In this document: positions 10,449-20,464 of the stretch, piece by piece
How the letters are laid out: every line of letters starts with the position of its first letter
Numbering within the stretch: position 1 is the stretch's first letter
Assembly: GCA_964655785.1 (NCBI GenBank)
Contig: CAZZNP010000002.1
Coordinates: forward strand, 6,727-70,726
From: an uncultured Gemmatimonadota bacterium
GTDB lineage: Bacteria; JAAXHH01
Length of the DNA: 64,000 nt
Direction: 5' to 3'
Translations under genes and position numbers: made by a program
Notes under the pieces: generated by a model
Database searches by the model: none
Told to the model about the DNA's origin: nothing
Seen by the model: only the letters and a program-made list of their open reading frames with translations

Positions 10449-10974
10449 GGGAATCTCCAGGTTATGTGAAAAATACTTGACAATGGCTCTCTAAAGCCAT
10501 TTACAAGCGTATTAACCTCGCAACCCCACTCCACCTCTGCTAAAAAAGGGATAGGAAGATAGAAATACGTGAAGTAAACTTATAACCGATGAAAATAGGA
10601 TCAATTGAATAGAAAATGCCCAAAGTAACTAAATCAGAAATCGATAAAGGCACAGTGTCCTATAGCATTTTATTGGACGCAGAGGATAGATAAAGACTGG
10701 AGAAGGTGGTACGTGAACGACCAGGGATTCCGGAAGATGCAAAAGATACAAATGCGGCAATCATCCGGGAAATGATCCGAAACTGGGGTGAATTGATTGA
10801 AGAGTTGAATCGACTCCGCAACGAGAATAGAGATTTCAAGGAAGCCGAAGAGCTTGAAATGAGGCTTAAAATAGTAAAAAGCAGGAATACGGCGACGTAC
10901 CTGGAAGGATAGGGAGTAATTCAAAGAGCAATCCCGGACAGACATGAAATTGTCCATCCGGGAATTTTGAACAA
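10449..10974. promoter_or_regulatory. AT-rich ~0.5 kb intergenic region upstream of parB with a perfect palindrome and GGATAG-type repeats (candidate promoter/operator, parS or oriT)
   Basis: ATGGCTctctaaAGCCAT (6-bp arms) sits immediately next to a TTGACA hexamer at 10467-10472. GGATAG/GATAGA repeats occur at ~10549, ~10683 and ~10908. G+C is visibly much lower than the flanking sequence. Confidence 0.35.
10706..10912 (+). CDS. Possible small K/E-rich coiled-coil ORF (GTG start) inside the AT-rich intergenic region
   Basis: 68-codon ORF with poor RBS spacing. Could be non-coding. Confidence 0.15.
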   Translation: MVRERPGIPEDAKDTNAAIIREMIRNWGELIEELNRLRNENRDFKEAEELEMRLKIVKSRNTATYLEG

Positions 10975-12375
10975 TCAACTGAAGATCATGTCGACCCGCT
11001 CCCCCCATGGCTCCCGATACCGCTCATCGGGTATTCCACCCCAATTGACCCATACGACGCCGAAGGGGGGTTCGTCGGGATAACTGATACACTCCATATC
11101 AGTGAGGTATAGGCAGACTCCGGGCTGCTTGCCCTGCTCTTCCAGCCAGGAGAATCCCGGCCGAAAATCGGTCCCGCCACTGCCCTTGAGTACGATTTCA
11201 TCTGGCAGATCGGAATACGAATATTCCGATACGTCCTGTAGGATGGTGTCCACCTGCAGTACGGTGACATCTTCGGGCTGAAGTTCCATGACGACCTGAC
11301 GAACCTCGCCCCAGAACTCCGTGAGAATCTCGGGACGTGACCAGATGGACCCGGAGGTGTCGATGATCACGGCAATGCTGTTGATTCCCTCGGAACGTAT
11401 CGACGGCAGGTAGAGCCCACCATCGATGAAGCGCCGATTGGGCAGGCTCCAGCTGTAGTCGCGGCTGACGGCGTCCTTCATGTATCGGCGCAGCAGGGTA
11501 CGCCAGTCCATTATGCTCGTGTGAGCATCCTCGATCGTCTCCTTGACATGGCCGGGCACCCTGCCCTCGGCCTTGGCCAGATTCAGTGCCTGGTGCATGG
11601 CCTCGTCCCAGGCCTGCTCCTCGTCGATCTTCTGTTCATCCATGAGGCCGGCGCCGGCGTCATCATCCGGGGACGCGTCCATTACTTCACCGGTTCCGGA
11701 CGGGTCGTGGCTTTCCTGCGTATCCGAGCCGGTGGAATCCTGTGGATCGTTCCTGGGGTCATCATCGGACTGTTCCGGGTCTCTGGAGTCGTCATGGCCG
11801 CCATCATCATCCGATTCGTCGGGTTGACACTGCTGCACGGGATCATTCTGATCACCTGCAGAACCCGAATTCTCGGGATCCACGGATTTATCATCAGTTC
11901 CTGCAGATCCAGGCATTGACATGCCAGCATCAGACTGCGGGGCCCCATTGGACCCACCCTCTTCCTGATCGTGTTCATCCAGACGCGCGTAGGCTTCCTC
12001 CACGCTCATGTCATCCCATGATTCGGCATCGGCCGGCAGGGTGAACCCGGCATCCAGAAGCATGGAATGGGTGACATTCTGCGACGCCTTCTGCCACCGT
12101 TCCGGATCCCTGTCTCCCCTCCGAGTGTGGTGCTTCAGGGAACACGCGAGAACCACCCGGGCGATCGAGGTTTCGATCCGGTGCGCATCCGTCTCGGCGA
12201 CCCACCCGGGGGAATATCGGATATTCCGGCCGTCACATGCCAGCGTCTTCCGGGTGGAATCGGCCACAAGCGGCAGCCTGAGCGCCAGGCTGCCGAAGAA
12301 AGGTTGAGACCGAAGGAGCCCGCTCACGATATCGCTGACGCGCCGGGCCGACTCTGCCGTGATGCGGGAGTTCAT
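10975..12375 (-). CDS. VWA-domain protein with an N-terminal DUF2201-like putative metallopeptidase domain and a long acidic low-complexity linker (partner of the MoxR ATPase)
   Basis: C-terminal VWA/MIDAS-like motif AVIIDTSGSI. Start chosen at MNSRITAE (12375), which has a GGGAGG RBS and an ATGA overlap with the DUF3150 stop. A ~110-aa D/E/S-rich segment lies mid-protein. Confidence 0.6.
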   Translation of the reverse strand: MNSRITAESARRVSDIVSGLLRSQPFFGSLALRLPLVADSTRKTLACDGRNIRYSPGWVAETDAHRIETSIARVVLACSLKHHTRRGDRDPERWQKASQNVTHSMLLDAGFTLPADAESWDDMSVEEAYARLDEHDQEEGGSNGAPQSDAGMSMPGSAGTDDKSVDPENSGSAGDQNDPVQQCQPDESDDDGGHDDSRDPEQSDDDPRNDPQDSTGSDTQESHDPSGTGEVMDASPDDDAGAGLMDEQKIDEEQAWDEAMHQALNLAKAEGRVPGHVKETIEDAHTSIMDWRTLLRRYMKDAVSRDYSWSLPNRRFIDGGLYLPSIRSEGINSIAVIIDTSGSIWSRPEILTEFWGEVRQVVMELQPEDVTVLQVDTILQDVSEYSYSDLPDEIVLKGSGGTDFRPGFSWLEEQGKQPGVCLYLTDMECISYPDEPPFGVVWVNWGGIPDERYREPWGERVDMIFS

Positions 12376-13271
12376 GCCGCCTCCCGGGTGACAACCGGTG
12401 GTGAACCAAAATATCCGGCGAACTGTTCCTTCAGAGCCTCGGCATCCCGTTTCACCTGCCTGCGAACCACGGGATCGTAGATCTTCGAGGGCCGGAGGCT
12501 GTCCGGCTCCACGCTGGCAATGCGTTCCTTCACCTGCTCGCACAGCCGGGCGAGATCCTCGTCGCCGAAGATGTTGAGATTGGGAACGACGTCCACCAGA
12601 TCCCGAATGTTCTCGATCATCGAGTTCCGGAAAACCAGGGGCTTGCCGTTCTCATCTTCGTTCAGGCGATCGGCAACCTTTTCCACGGCTTCCCCGAGAC
12701 GCTTGTAGAGATCGCCCACGGCATCGTGGAGACGCTCACCTACATGACGCTCGATGTCGCGCCGGACCTTGTCCGTGTCGTCCGATGCCAGCCTGGCCAT
12801 GAAATGGTCGGCCGCCGGCACCGGAGTGATGTTGTATCGGATGCAGAACCTGCCGTGGAGGGAGTCCCTTGCGGGATATTCCTCGATGCGGAAGAGCTTT
12901 CCAAGATCGGAACGGGCCTGCTCGACGTTGTCGTCGTAGTCCCGGATGAACTGGGCTCTTTCACGCACCACCTTCTCCCGCATCTCATCGATGAGGCTGG
13001 TGTAGCGCTCGTAGTTGGCCACCGTGAGCAACCTACTGCCCTGGTCATCCCAGGGGAGCGTATTGGCGTAATGGAGAGTACGCGCCTTGCTCATGACCCC
13101 ATTGAGCACGGAGAAAGCCGATTTGGGCAGAAGCAGCTTGTTGTAACGGCCGGCGGAGGCACTGGCGTCATGGGTTGCGGCCACATGGTCACTGGCCTGG
13201 CGATCGTAGAGCCGGCCGGACCAGGCGGAAATCCGAAGGTGGACCAGCATCGCGTCTTTGTTGAGATTCAT
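12372..13271 (-). CDS. DUF3150-family protein
   Basis: MNLNKDAMLVHLRISAWSGR...NYERYTSLIDEMREK... pattern. Position between the MoxR and VWA genes is typical for this family. Confidence 0.55.
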   Translation of the reverse strand: MNLNKDAMLVHLRISAWSGRLYDRQASDHVAATHDASASAGRYNKLLLPKSAFSVLNGVMSKARTLHYANTLPWDDQGSRLLTVANYERYTSLIDEMREKVVRERAQFIRDYDDNVEQARSDLGKLFRIEEYPARDSLHGRFCIRYNITPVPAADHFMARLASDDTDKVRRDIERHVGERLHDAVGDLYKRLGEAVEKVADRLNEDENGKPLVFRNSMIENIRDLVDVVPNLNIFGDEDLARLCEQVKERIASVEPDSLRPSKIYDPVVRRQVKRDAEALKEQFAGYFGSPPVVTREAA

Positions 13272-13295
13272 GATGAATATTCTCCTGTGAAATGG

Positions 13296-14315
13296 TTAAG
13301 AGGTTTTGGCGGCGGCCCAGCGGATATAGGCCGGCGTCCGTTGCAGGTCCGGGTCCTGGCGAATGCAGGAGCCGACCAGGAATTCGCCGACCTCCCGCCT
13401 GAGGCGGGTGGCGTAGGCAACGATGGCGTCCACGTTGACGTCATTGGCCAACCGGTAGAGCGAGCCGCACAGCGCGATCAAGGCACTGGAGTTCTCCGGG
13501 ATATCGGCGTTCTCCGGATCGTCGATAACCGCACGCGGGTGGGGCAATTCGCGCCACACGTTGAGAAAGGCGGAAAATTCAACCGCCGCGGCTTCACCCA
13601 CGGTTCCCTTGAAGATCGCCCTTTCAGCGGCCGGATCGAGGCCGTTGCGGTGCCGCAGGACGTTGGAGACGAATTCCCAGGTCCTGGGGCACGGAAACGC
13701 TGGTTCCCTGGACTGCGGATCGAACACGTGCAGGAGATTCGGCCGGAACTGGATGAAGAACAGAACTTCAGGAGCAATGCCGCTGGAAGCGGCCCATGCG
13801 CACCAGTCATCGGGATCGACCCGGACCTCGATATGGACAAAACGGGAAGCCAGCGGTGTCGGCATCCGGTGGACGACGCCACGGTCGGATTCCCGGTTGC
13901 CACAGGCGATGACAGCTGCAGCGTCGGGCAGTTCGTATTCGCCGACACGTCTGTCCAGCACGAGCTGGTACATGCTTGCCTGGACCATGGGAACGGCGGA
14001 CGGAAGCTCTTCAAGGTTGATGAGCCACTTGCCGCTGTCGGTGGATGGCGGCAAGAACGCCGGCGGCGCCCAGCGGGTGCGTTCATCAGAATCACGCCAG
14101 GGGATGCCGCGGAGGTCCACGGGATCCAGCAGGAGAGCACGGACGTCGACATATTGCCGGCCGGCATCACTGGCCACCTGCTGGGCGATCTGGGACTTGG
14201 CTGCCCCTGGGGGCCCCCAGACCATCGTAGGTTGCTGGGCTTCGACGAGAACAGCCAGCGTCGAGGCGAGTTCGGACGGCCGCAGGGTGTAGTCTGCGGA
14301 AATGGATTGGGTCAT
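13296..14315 (-). CDS. MoxR-family AAA+ ATPase
   Basis: Walker A MVWGPPGAAKSQIAQ, Walker B/sensor region LINLEELPSA...ACGNRESD and box VII HRMPTPLASRF. The internal start at 14315 has a better-spaced RBS than 14378. Confidence 0.75.
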   Translation of the reverse strand: MTQSISADYTLRPSELASTLAVLVEAQQPTMVWGPPGAAKSQIAQQVASDAGRQYVDVRALLLDPVDLRGIPWRDSDERTRWAPPAFLPPSTDSGKWLINLEELPSAVPMVQASMYQLVLDRRVGEYELPDAAAVIACGNRESDRGVVHRMPTPLASRFVHIEVRVDPDDWCAWAASSGIAPEVLFFIQFRPNLLHVFDPQSREPAFPCPRTWEFVSNVLRHRNGLDPAAERAIFKGTVGEAAAVEFSAFLNVWRELPHPRAVIDDPENADIPENSSALIALCGSLYRLANDVNVDAIVAYATRLRREVGEFLVGSCIRQDPDLQRTPAYIRWAAAKTS

Positions 14316-14603
14316 TGCAATGCTCCGGAAATGGTGAATGGGAATGCCGGCACCCTCTCGGTTTCCCGGCTCACTCATCTCCAGGCATCACACGAACTCT
14401 ATTTCACTGAAAACAATGAATAAGTGTCCATCCCGCGACAAATTGCTACGTAACTGGACTACACTCGGAGGGTTGGTTATTCATATTACCTAGTTCATAA
14501 TTCGGCAGTTTCAGGAATTCGAGAACCAGATCTCGAAAAATCTAATAGAATCAGTAAAGTACTTCACCAATTCACCAGAAACACAGAGAGGAGGCACTAA
14601 AAT

Positions 14604-16256
14604 ATGGGGCAAAAAAGAATCCTCCTGATGGAACCCGGGTACCGGAACAAATACCCTCCCCTTGGGCTGATGAAGCTCGCGGCATATCACAAGGCCCGCG
14701 GGGACTACGTAAAGTTCACAAAAGTGGGTTTCGGCAAGGACGAGGGGATGTCATCACTGCTGGAGGCCCCATGGGACAGGGTTTACGTCACTACGCTGTT
14801 CAGCTTTGAATGGAAACGGACAGCCGAGGCCATTGATCGGGCAATCCAGATCGCGGCAATGCAGCCGGAGAGAGTCTTTGTGGGTGGAATCGCCGCCTCT
14901 TTGATGCACGATGACTACCAGAATGAACCCAAGTGGGCTGGAGTCCGGTTCATAAAGGGACTTCTGGTGGGATCACCCGCGGAGTCCCTGAAACTGTCAG
15001 CTGACGATTACGATTTCGGTGCGGATGACCTGTCAGGGCGCCCAATTGAAGAACGGACCCCGGATTACGAGATTCTGTCAGACATCAGCTACACCTACCC
15101 GGTACGAGACGCCTATTTCGGCTACGCATCGAGAGGCTGCGTCCGGAAATGTGCGTTTTGCGGAGTGCCCAAGCTCGAAGGCCCACAGCGTGAAATGCCA
15201 CCCCTGACGGAACTTGTGAATGGAATCGACGCTGCCCACGGGGTCAAGAAGGACATGGTGCTGATGGACAACAACATCACCGCATCCGCCCGATACAAGG
15301 AAGTAATCGCCGAATTGCGGGATCTGGGATTCGAGTCCGGAGCCACAATTACAAATCCTAGCGGCCGGAAAGTGAAACGGCGCGTGGATTTCAACCAAGG
15401 AGTCGACGCCAGAATTCTGGCCAAGTCGCCGATGTACCTCAAGGAAATGTCCAGTATCTGCATCAGCCCGCTACGCATCGCGTTCGATCATATCGGGATG
15501 AAGAAGGTCTACGATGTGGCCATCAGGATGGCGGCAGACAACGAAATCACGTCGCTGTCGAATTACATGCTTTACAACTTTATGGACTCGCCCAGTGACC
15601 TGTATGAGCGAATGAGGCTGAATATTGCACTAAACGAGGAGCTGGGGATCAGGATCTGGTCGTTTCCCATGAGATACCAGCCTGTGACACTCAAGGAGCG
15701 TACTCACGTGGGAAAATTCTGGAACCGATACTACTTGAGATCTTTCCAGATCATGCTCCAGGCAACCCATGGTCTGGTCAGTGGTAATCCGTCTTTCTTC
15801 AGGCGGGCATATGGCGAGGACAAGCACGAATTCGAGCATCTACTCAGCTTGCCCCACGCCTTCATTTTCCACCGGGACCACTACGAATTTGAAGACGGAA
15901 GACCAGTTCTAGATGAATATTTTGGGCACCGCAAACGTTTGTCCGAGAGTCAGGAGAAAGAATTGATCGGATACCTAGCGGGACCGGATGGTGCAATATC
16001 CGGTCTACCAAGGAAGCACTACACGAAGCTGATAAGCGACAGCACGATAGCCCCGGCAATTCGTGAAGTTTTGAGATTCCACACCCTCGATACCAGGCAC
16101 CGGCTTGGTTCCGAGGACAAGAAAATCCTGCCAGTATTTTCACAACTCAATCCTGACCCTGTCATGCCCGAAGAGGATGAACACGTGGAAGACGCTGGCC
16201 TTTACGATGATGATGCAACGCAACAAGACATAAGAGATAAACGCGTAAGCGTCTAA
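14604..16256 (+). CDS. Radical SAM enzyme with an N-terminal B12-binding-like domain (class B rSAM-like)
   Basis: N-terminal ILLMEPGYRNKYPPLGLMKLAAY (B12-binding-domain-like) and the CxxxCxxC cluster YASRGCVRKCAFCGVP. GAGGAGG RBS. Lies in the AT-richer island. Confidence 0.8.
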   Translation: MGQKRILLMEPGYRNKYPPLGLMKLAAYHKARGDYVKFTKVGFGKDEGMSSLLEAPWDRVYVTTLFSFEWKRTAEAIDRAIQIAAMQPERVFVGGIAASLMHDDYQNEPKWAGVRFIKGLLVGSPAESLKLSADDYDFGADDLSGRPIEERTPDYEILSDISYTYPVRDAYFGYASRGCVRKCAFCGVPKLEGPQREMPPLTELVNGIDAAHGVKKDMVLMDNNITASARYKEVIAELRDLGFESGATITNPSGRKVKRRVDFNQGVDARILAKSPMYLKEMSSICISPLRIAFDHIGMKKVYDVAIRMAADNEITSLSNYMLYNFMDSPSDLYERMRLNIALNEELGIRIWSFPMRYQPVTLKERTHVGKFWNRYYLRSFQIMLQATHGLVSGNPSFFRRAYGEDKHEFEHLLSLPHAFIFHRDHYEFEDGRPVLDEYFGHRKRLSESQEKELIGYLAGPDGAISGLPRKHYTKLISDSTIAPAIREVLRFHTLDTRHRLGSEDKKILPVFSQLNPDPVMPEEDEHVEDAGLYDDDATQQDIRDKRVSV

Positions 16257-16278
16257 GAATCAACCCTGAGGAGTTACC

Positions 16279-17757
16279 ATGCCGAAGAACACCGAACCAG
16301 CATCCCTGGTGGGAGCGGATATACTGAACCTGGTTACAACCGGTATGTACCACACCCCACTTGCAATTTACCGGGAATACATTCAGAACTCGGCTGACGC
16401 GGTCGAAAAGTCCAAGTGGCGTGACCAGGGACGAGTAGAGATCTCAATCAATCCAGGAAGCAACAACGTCAAAATCAGGGACAATGGCCCTGGACTGTCA
16501 CCTGAACAGGCAATACGGAATCTGATACCAATTGCGAGGAGTTCCAAGCAGCGCGGTGTAGACCGCGGCTTCAGAGGAATCGGCCGGCTTTCAGGCCTAG
16601 CGTTCGCGGAAAAAGTTACCTTCAGAACGAGAAGCAAGAAAACACAGCCGATAACCGAGGTTTCCTGGGACGGAATATCCCTACGTGCGAATGCTGTCTC
16701 CAATTCGGATCCGGAAAAGATCATCAGAAACTGTGTACAGGTATCGGAAATAGATGACAGTGGATGGCCAAATAACTTCTTCGAAGTGGAGATTGAAAAA
16801 ATATCCAGATATGCGGCGGACAGGATCCTGAACCGAGAAGCTGTCCGAAGATATATTGCAGAGGTGGGGCCGGTTCCCATGTCAGAATCGTTTCCGCTTG
16901 CGAAGGACGTAGAGGCTCTCTTCCCGGATGAAAACAGACTTCTAGCACTGGAAGTCACCTTGGAAGGAGAGGAAGAGCCGATACGGCGCATGCATGGTTC
17001 CGGCCTCAAGTTTTCGGAAGACCGGAAGGATACCTTTAGGGAAATAGAAAGAATCAGAATTCCGGCTGTTGACAGCGAAAAAGATGCAGCAATCGGGTGG
17101 ATCGCTCACACATCATATCTGGGGGCAATCCCAAAAGACATGGGGGTACGAGGGATCCGGCTCAGAGAAGGGAACATACAGATCGGAGATGAAGACGTCC
17201 TAGATCCTCTGTTCAAGGAAGAACGCTTCAACAGGTGGTGCATAGGGGAATTACACGTGATCGATTCACGGCTCCTGCCGAATGGTCGCCGTGATTATTT
17301 CGACCCCAGCCCACACGTGAGACATGTTGAAAATCATCTTGAATCAATCATCCACGGGGTTGTGAAAAGATGTCGGAGTGCTTCATCTAACCGGGTACAG
17401 TCGAGGAAGCTACATACGGTACTGGAACACATGGACAGTGCATATAGTATTGCTGGCTCGGGTTATCTGAAAGCGGCAGACGCCAAGGCCCTCATAGCGG
17501 AAGCCCTGGAAAAATTGCAAGAGCTCGAAGACAACATGCCCGAAGGAGGCCTGATATATCAACAAAACGGGAAAAAGCTAATTGAACTCAAAACGAAACT
17601 GAACGGATTCAAACCAAGGAGAGGCCGGCCGTCCCTGGAAAACGTCCGCAGCGGGGAGGTTGCTACCTACCAGAGAATATTCAGGGCGCTGACGGAATTT
17701 TGCCATTCTCCGGCAATTGCCAAGGAGATGATCGAGGGAGTTCTAAAACACGCTTAG
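16279..17757 (+). CDS. GHKL ATPase (HATPase_c_3 / MORC-like)
   Basis: N-box REYIQNSADA, G1 box IRDNGPGLS and G2 box FRGIGRLSGLAF. 22-nt gap after the rSAM gene; same strand and composition. Confidence 0.75.
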   Translation: MPKNTEPASLVGADILNLVTTGMYHTPLAIYREYIQNSADAVEKSKWRDQGRVEISINPGSNNVKIRDNGPGLSPEQAIRNLIPIARSSKQRGVDRGFRGIGRLSGLAFAEKVTFRTRSKKTQPITEVSWDGISLRANAVSNSDPEKIIRNCVQVSEIDDSGWPNNFFEVEIEKISRYAADRILNREAVRRYIAEVGPVPMSESFPLAKDVEALFPDENRLLALEVTLEGEEEPIRRMHGSGLKFSEDRKDTFREIERIRIPAVDSEKDAAIGWIAHTSYLGAIPKDMGVRGIRLREGNIQIGDEDVLDPLFKEERFNRWCIGELHVIDSRLLPNGRRDYFDPSPHVRHVENHLESIIHGVVKRCRSASSNRVQSRKLHTVLEHMDSAYSIAGSGYLKAADAKALIAEALEKLQELEDNMPEGGLIYQQNGKKLIELKTKLNGFKPRRGRPSLENVRSGEVATYQRIFRALTEFCHSPAIAKEMIEGVLKHA

Positions 17758-17825
17758 CACAGTAGTTCCTGACTCGTGGTTCACGAGTTAATAAAACACC
17801 AATTCACCCCCAGGTAGTCGATTGC

Positions 17826-20132
17826 ATGGACAAAGAATATCTAACACCCATCATTGCAGGAGACGAGATCACGTCTGAACTTAGGCGAAGACGTAGCAAG
17901 GATAGATTTCAAACGATTAAAGCGACGAATAAAAGCCGTCTTGCTGAGAAAGTAAAGCTGGAAACGGAAGAAGGATGGAAAGTAGCAAAGAAAAACAAAA
18001 AATCTACCCGAATGGCGAAGGAAAAGCCGGGCGATGAACAACTGGAGGATGAAATCTGGTGCATGCTTGCACGGATGGGATTCAAGGAATTGAGCCATGG
18101 TCGTCAGTTCACAGTATCGGTAAGAGACGGCCAAAATCCAAGACAGATCGACGTATTCGCCAAGGATGACGAGACAACAATAATCGTCGAATGTACGCAT
18201 AGAAAAACACCAGGAAGAAAAAACATGTCCTCCCTGATTGAAAAGATACAGGCTATTAGAGGGGATACGATCAATTCAATCCGTAAGCACTATGGGAGGG
18301 AGAGTGCACTGAAGTTCGGGGCAGTAATCGCCACAAGGAATATAGATTGGAGCGAGGCCGATCTTGAGAAATGTGCAAATGCAAGAATTAGCGTACTTAC
18401 GGACGGTGAGATTGACTACTATAACGCATTGATAGCGCATCTGAAAAAAGCCGCCCGCTACCAGTTCCTCGCACATATCTTCGGAGGACAGAAAATTGAA
18501 GGACTGGTTACCACAGTACTCGCGACACGTGGAAAAATGGGGGGAAATTATTTTTATACATTCATGGTGAGTCCGGACGCACTTTTAAAAATTGCATATG
18601 TAGGACACAAGGCAAGCAGGGATACAGAGAACATAGAAACATATCAACGAATGCTGCAATCAAATCGGTTAAGGAAAATCGCGGAATACATTAATGAAGG
18701 TGGGAAATTTCCCACCAATATCGTCTTGAACCTGAAAACTAAGAAGAGGAACGACCTAAGATTCGAAGTGATCGAGAAACTTGGTAATGAAGCTCTCGGA
18801 AAATTGCATCTTCCACCGAATTACGCATCTGCTTGGGTCATCGATGGACAACACCGCCTCTATGGATACGCATATGCACGAGAAGGCGAAGGGTTCAAAG
18901 CGGACAAGACTACTCTACCCGTTTTGGCGTTTGAGAATCTGCCGTCAAAAGATGAAATGGACCTGTTCATCGATATTAACAGCAAGCAGGTAAAGGTAAG
19001 CACTAGTTTACTTGTGGAGCTCTATGCCGAGCTACACTGGGGCTCAGATGATTCCGATGAAGCATATGAAGCACTCTTGTCCAGGATAGCGTCAAAACTG
19101 AATTCCGAAAAAACGTCACCTCTTCGTGACAGAATGGTTGTCAGTGGAAAAAAGAAGACACCACACAGATGTCTGACACAAACGTCAATACGTGATGGAC
19201 TTGAAAAAGCTAAATTGATCGGATCCATGACAAAAGACGGATTCATCCCGGGACCTCTATCAACAGGCAAGCAAGACGCAAATCAGGAGCATTTAAAAAA
19301 GAGCGTATCAGTTCTGTCTGCCTGTCTGAATTTGTTTGCCGAACAGCTCAATGATCACTGGAATACAGGAGATGGCCCGGGTGGATATTTATGCACCAAT
19401 ATCGGAGTCAGAGCCATCTTTCATGTGATCAAGGACATAGCTGATCATTATCATCAAAAAAGTGGACATAACCTTTGTTACCTATCAACTGATGAAACAA
19501 TATCTACATTATCGCCATATTTACAAATATTGGTTGATTATTTCAAAGATGCATCCCCTCAGGAGATTCAGGATTTTAGGGGGATAGGATCTTCATTGGT
19601 GGCGGTTCGAAAACAATCATTCGGAATGGAAGCCCAAATTAACGAAAAAATAAATGAATTTTGCCCTGTAGAACTCAGAGAGTACCTAGATTCAAGGGAT
19701 GAAGCAGGAACACATGATGCGACAATATTGGTTAATCAAATACATTCGAAACTTTCAAAATATGTCATTGATACTTTGAAAAAAGAACACGGAGAAGAAA
19801 ACAAGGCATGGTGGACATTAGGAATCCCTAAAAATATTAGGATCGAATGCGCTAAGAAATGGGAAGAAGAAAACCGTAAAGGAGAGGAAGAAGGACAGCT
19901 ATTGTTGATCAACTACAAAGATATATGTCTCTTGAATTGGGAATTATTCAAGGACGTAATATCATTCGACGCTAGAGATAAAGAAAATAAAAGAGAAAAC
20001 ATAAAATGGATAATTGAATTGAATGAGATAAGAAGAATAACAGCCCATCCAGAAAGGGGAGTTCTAAATAAAGAGCAAGTGATAAAAGTCAATGAGATTT
20101 ATGAAAAACTGATTGAATATTTACCAGAATAA
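17826..20132 (+). CDS. DGQHR-domain (DndB-like, ParB-fold) protein with a possible N-terminal PD-(D/E)xK-like domain and a C-terminal HEPN-like Rx4H motif
   Basis: Exact DGQHR motif in WVIDGQHRLYGYAYA at the protein centre. The N-terminal region IDVFAKDDETTIIVECTHRK resembles a restriction-endonuclease-fold motif. C-terminal NEIRRITAHPERG fits the HEPN Rx4-6H signature. 768 aa, lowest G+C in the window. Confidence 0.7.
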   Translation: MDKEYLTPIIAGDEITSELRRRRSKDRFQTIKATNKSRLAEKVKLETEEGWKVAKKNKKSTRMAKEKPGDEQLEDEIWCMLARMGFKELSHGRQFTVSVRDGQNPRQIDVFAKDDETTIIVECTHRKTPGRKNMSSLIEKIQAIRGDTINSIRKHYGRESALKFGAVIATRNIDWSEADLEKCANARISVLTDGEIDYYNALIAHLKKAARYQFLAHIFGGQKIEGLVTTVLATRGKMGGNYFYTFMVSPDALLKIAYVGHKASRDTENIETYQRMLQSNRLRKIAEYINEGGKFPTNIVLNLKTKKRNDLRFEVIEKLGNEALGKLHLPPNYASAWVIDGQHRLYGYAYAREGEGFKADKTTLPVLAFENLPSKDEMDLFIDINSKQVKVSTSLLVELYAELHWGSDDSDEAYEALLSRIASKLNSEKTSPLRDRMVVSGKKKTPHRCLTQTSIRDGLEKAKLIGSMTKDGFIPGPLSTGKQDANQEHLKKSVSVLSACLNLFAEQLNDHWNTGDGPGGYLCTNIGVRAIFHVIKDIADHYHQKSGHNLCYLSTDETISTLSPYLQILVDYFKDASPQEIQDFRGIGSSLVAVRKQSFGMEAQINEKINEFCPVELREYLDSRDEAGTHDATILVNQIHSKLSKYVIDTLKKEHGEENKAWWTLGIPKNIRIECAKKWEEENRKGEEEGQLLLINYKDICLLNWELFKDVISFDARDKENKRENIKWIIELNEIRRITAHPERGVLNKEQVIKVNEIYEKLIEYLPE

Positions 20133-20173
20133 AATAGTGATTTCTAAAAATATCCCATACCCAACAATTCGTC

Positions 20174-20431
20174 ATGTCCATAAAGCCAACTGTTGAACAA
20201 CATGCCTGTTTGGTCAACGGAAAATTCATTTATTCCAGTTATCGGCACGCCCTCGCCGCGACCGATCCCCTGGCTTTCAAAGACAAAGAAAAGGGAAAGG
20301 AACGCAAGAGAGGGCATCGTACGTTCAAGAACAAGGGGCGTGTGACTATCGGGGAAAACGAATACAGACGCATCGATAACGGGCAGTCCCTAGGCAATCT
20401 GCTGGCAGATCTACTGGCTTTCAATAAATAA
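20174..20431 (+). CDS. Hypothetical small basic protein
   Basis: 85-codon ORF directly downstream of the DGQHR gene in the AT-richer island. No recognisable motif. Confidence 0.3.
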   Translation: MSIKPTVEQHACLVNGKFIYSSYRHALAATDPLAFKDKEKGKERKRGHRTFKNKGRVTIGENEYRRIDNGQSLGNLLADLLAFNK

Positions 20432-20464
20432 TCAGAACTTACTTAGCTTGGAAACAGTAAACCA

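Noticed and set aside
10934-10964. Imperfect hairpin (CCCGGACA…TGTCCATCCGGG) downstream of the VWA gene as a terminator
   Set aside because: The stem is only 5 bp and imperfect, and there is no T-tract on the relevant strand.
6861-20132. The PAPS-reductase-like gene (DndC-like) plus the DGQHR gene (DndB-like) as a canonical dnd phosphorothioation cluster
   Set aside because: The two genes are 10 kb apart, on opposite strands and in regions of different base composition. No DndA, DndD or DndE equivalents were seen. The PP-loop protein is only ~250 aa, far shorter than DndC.
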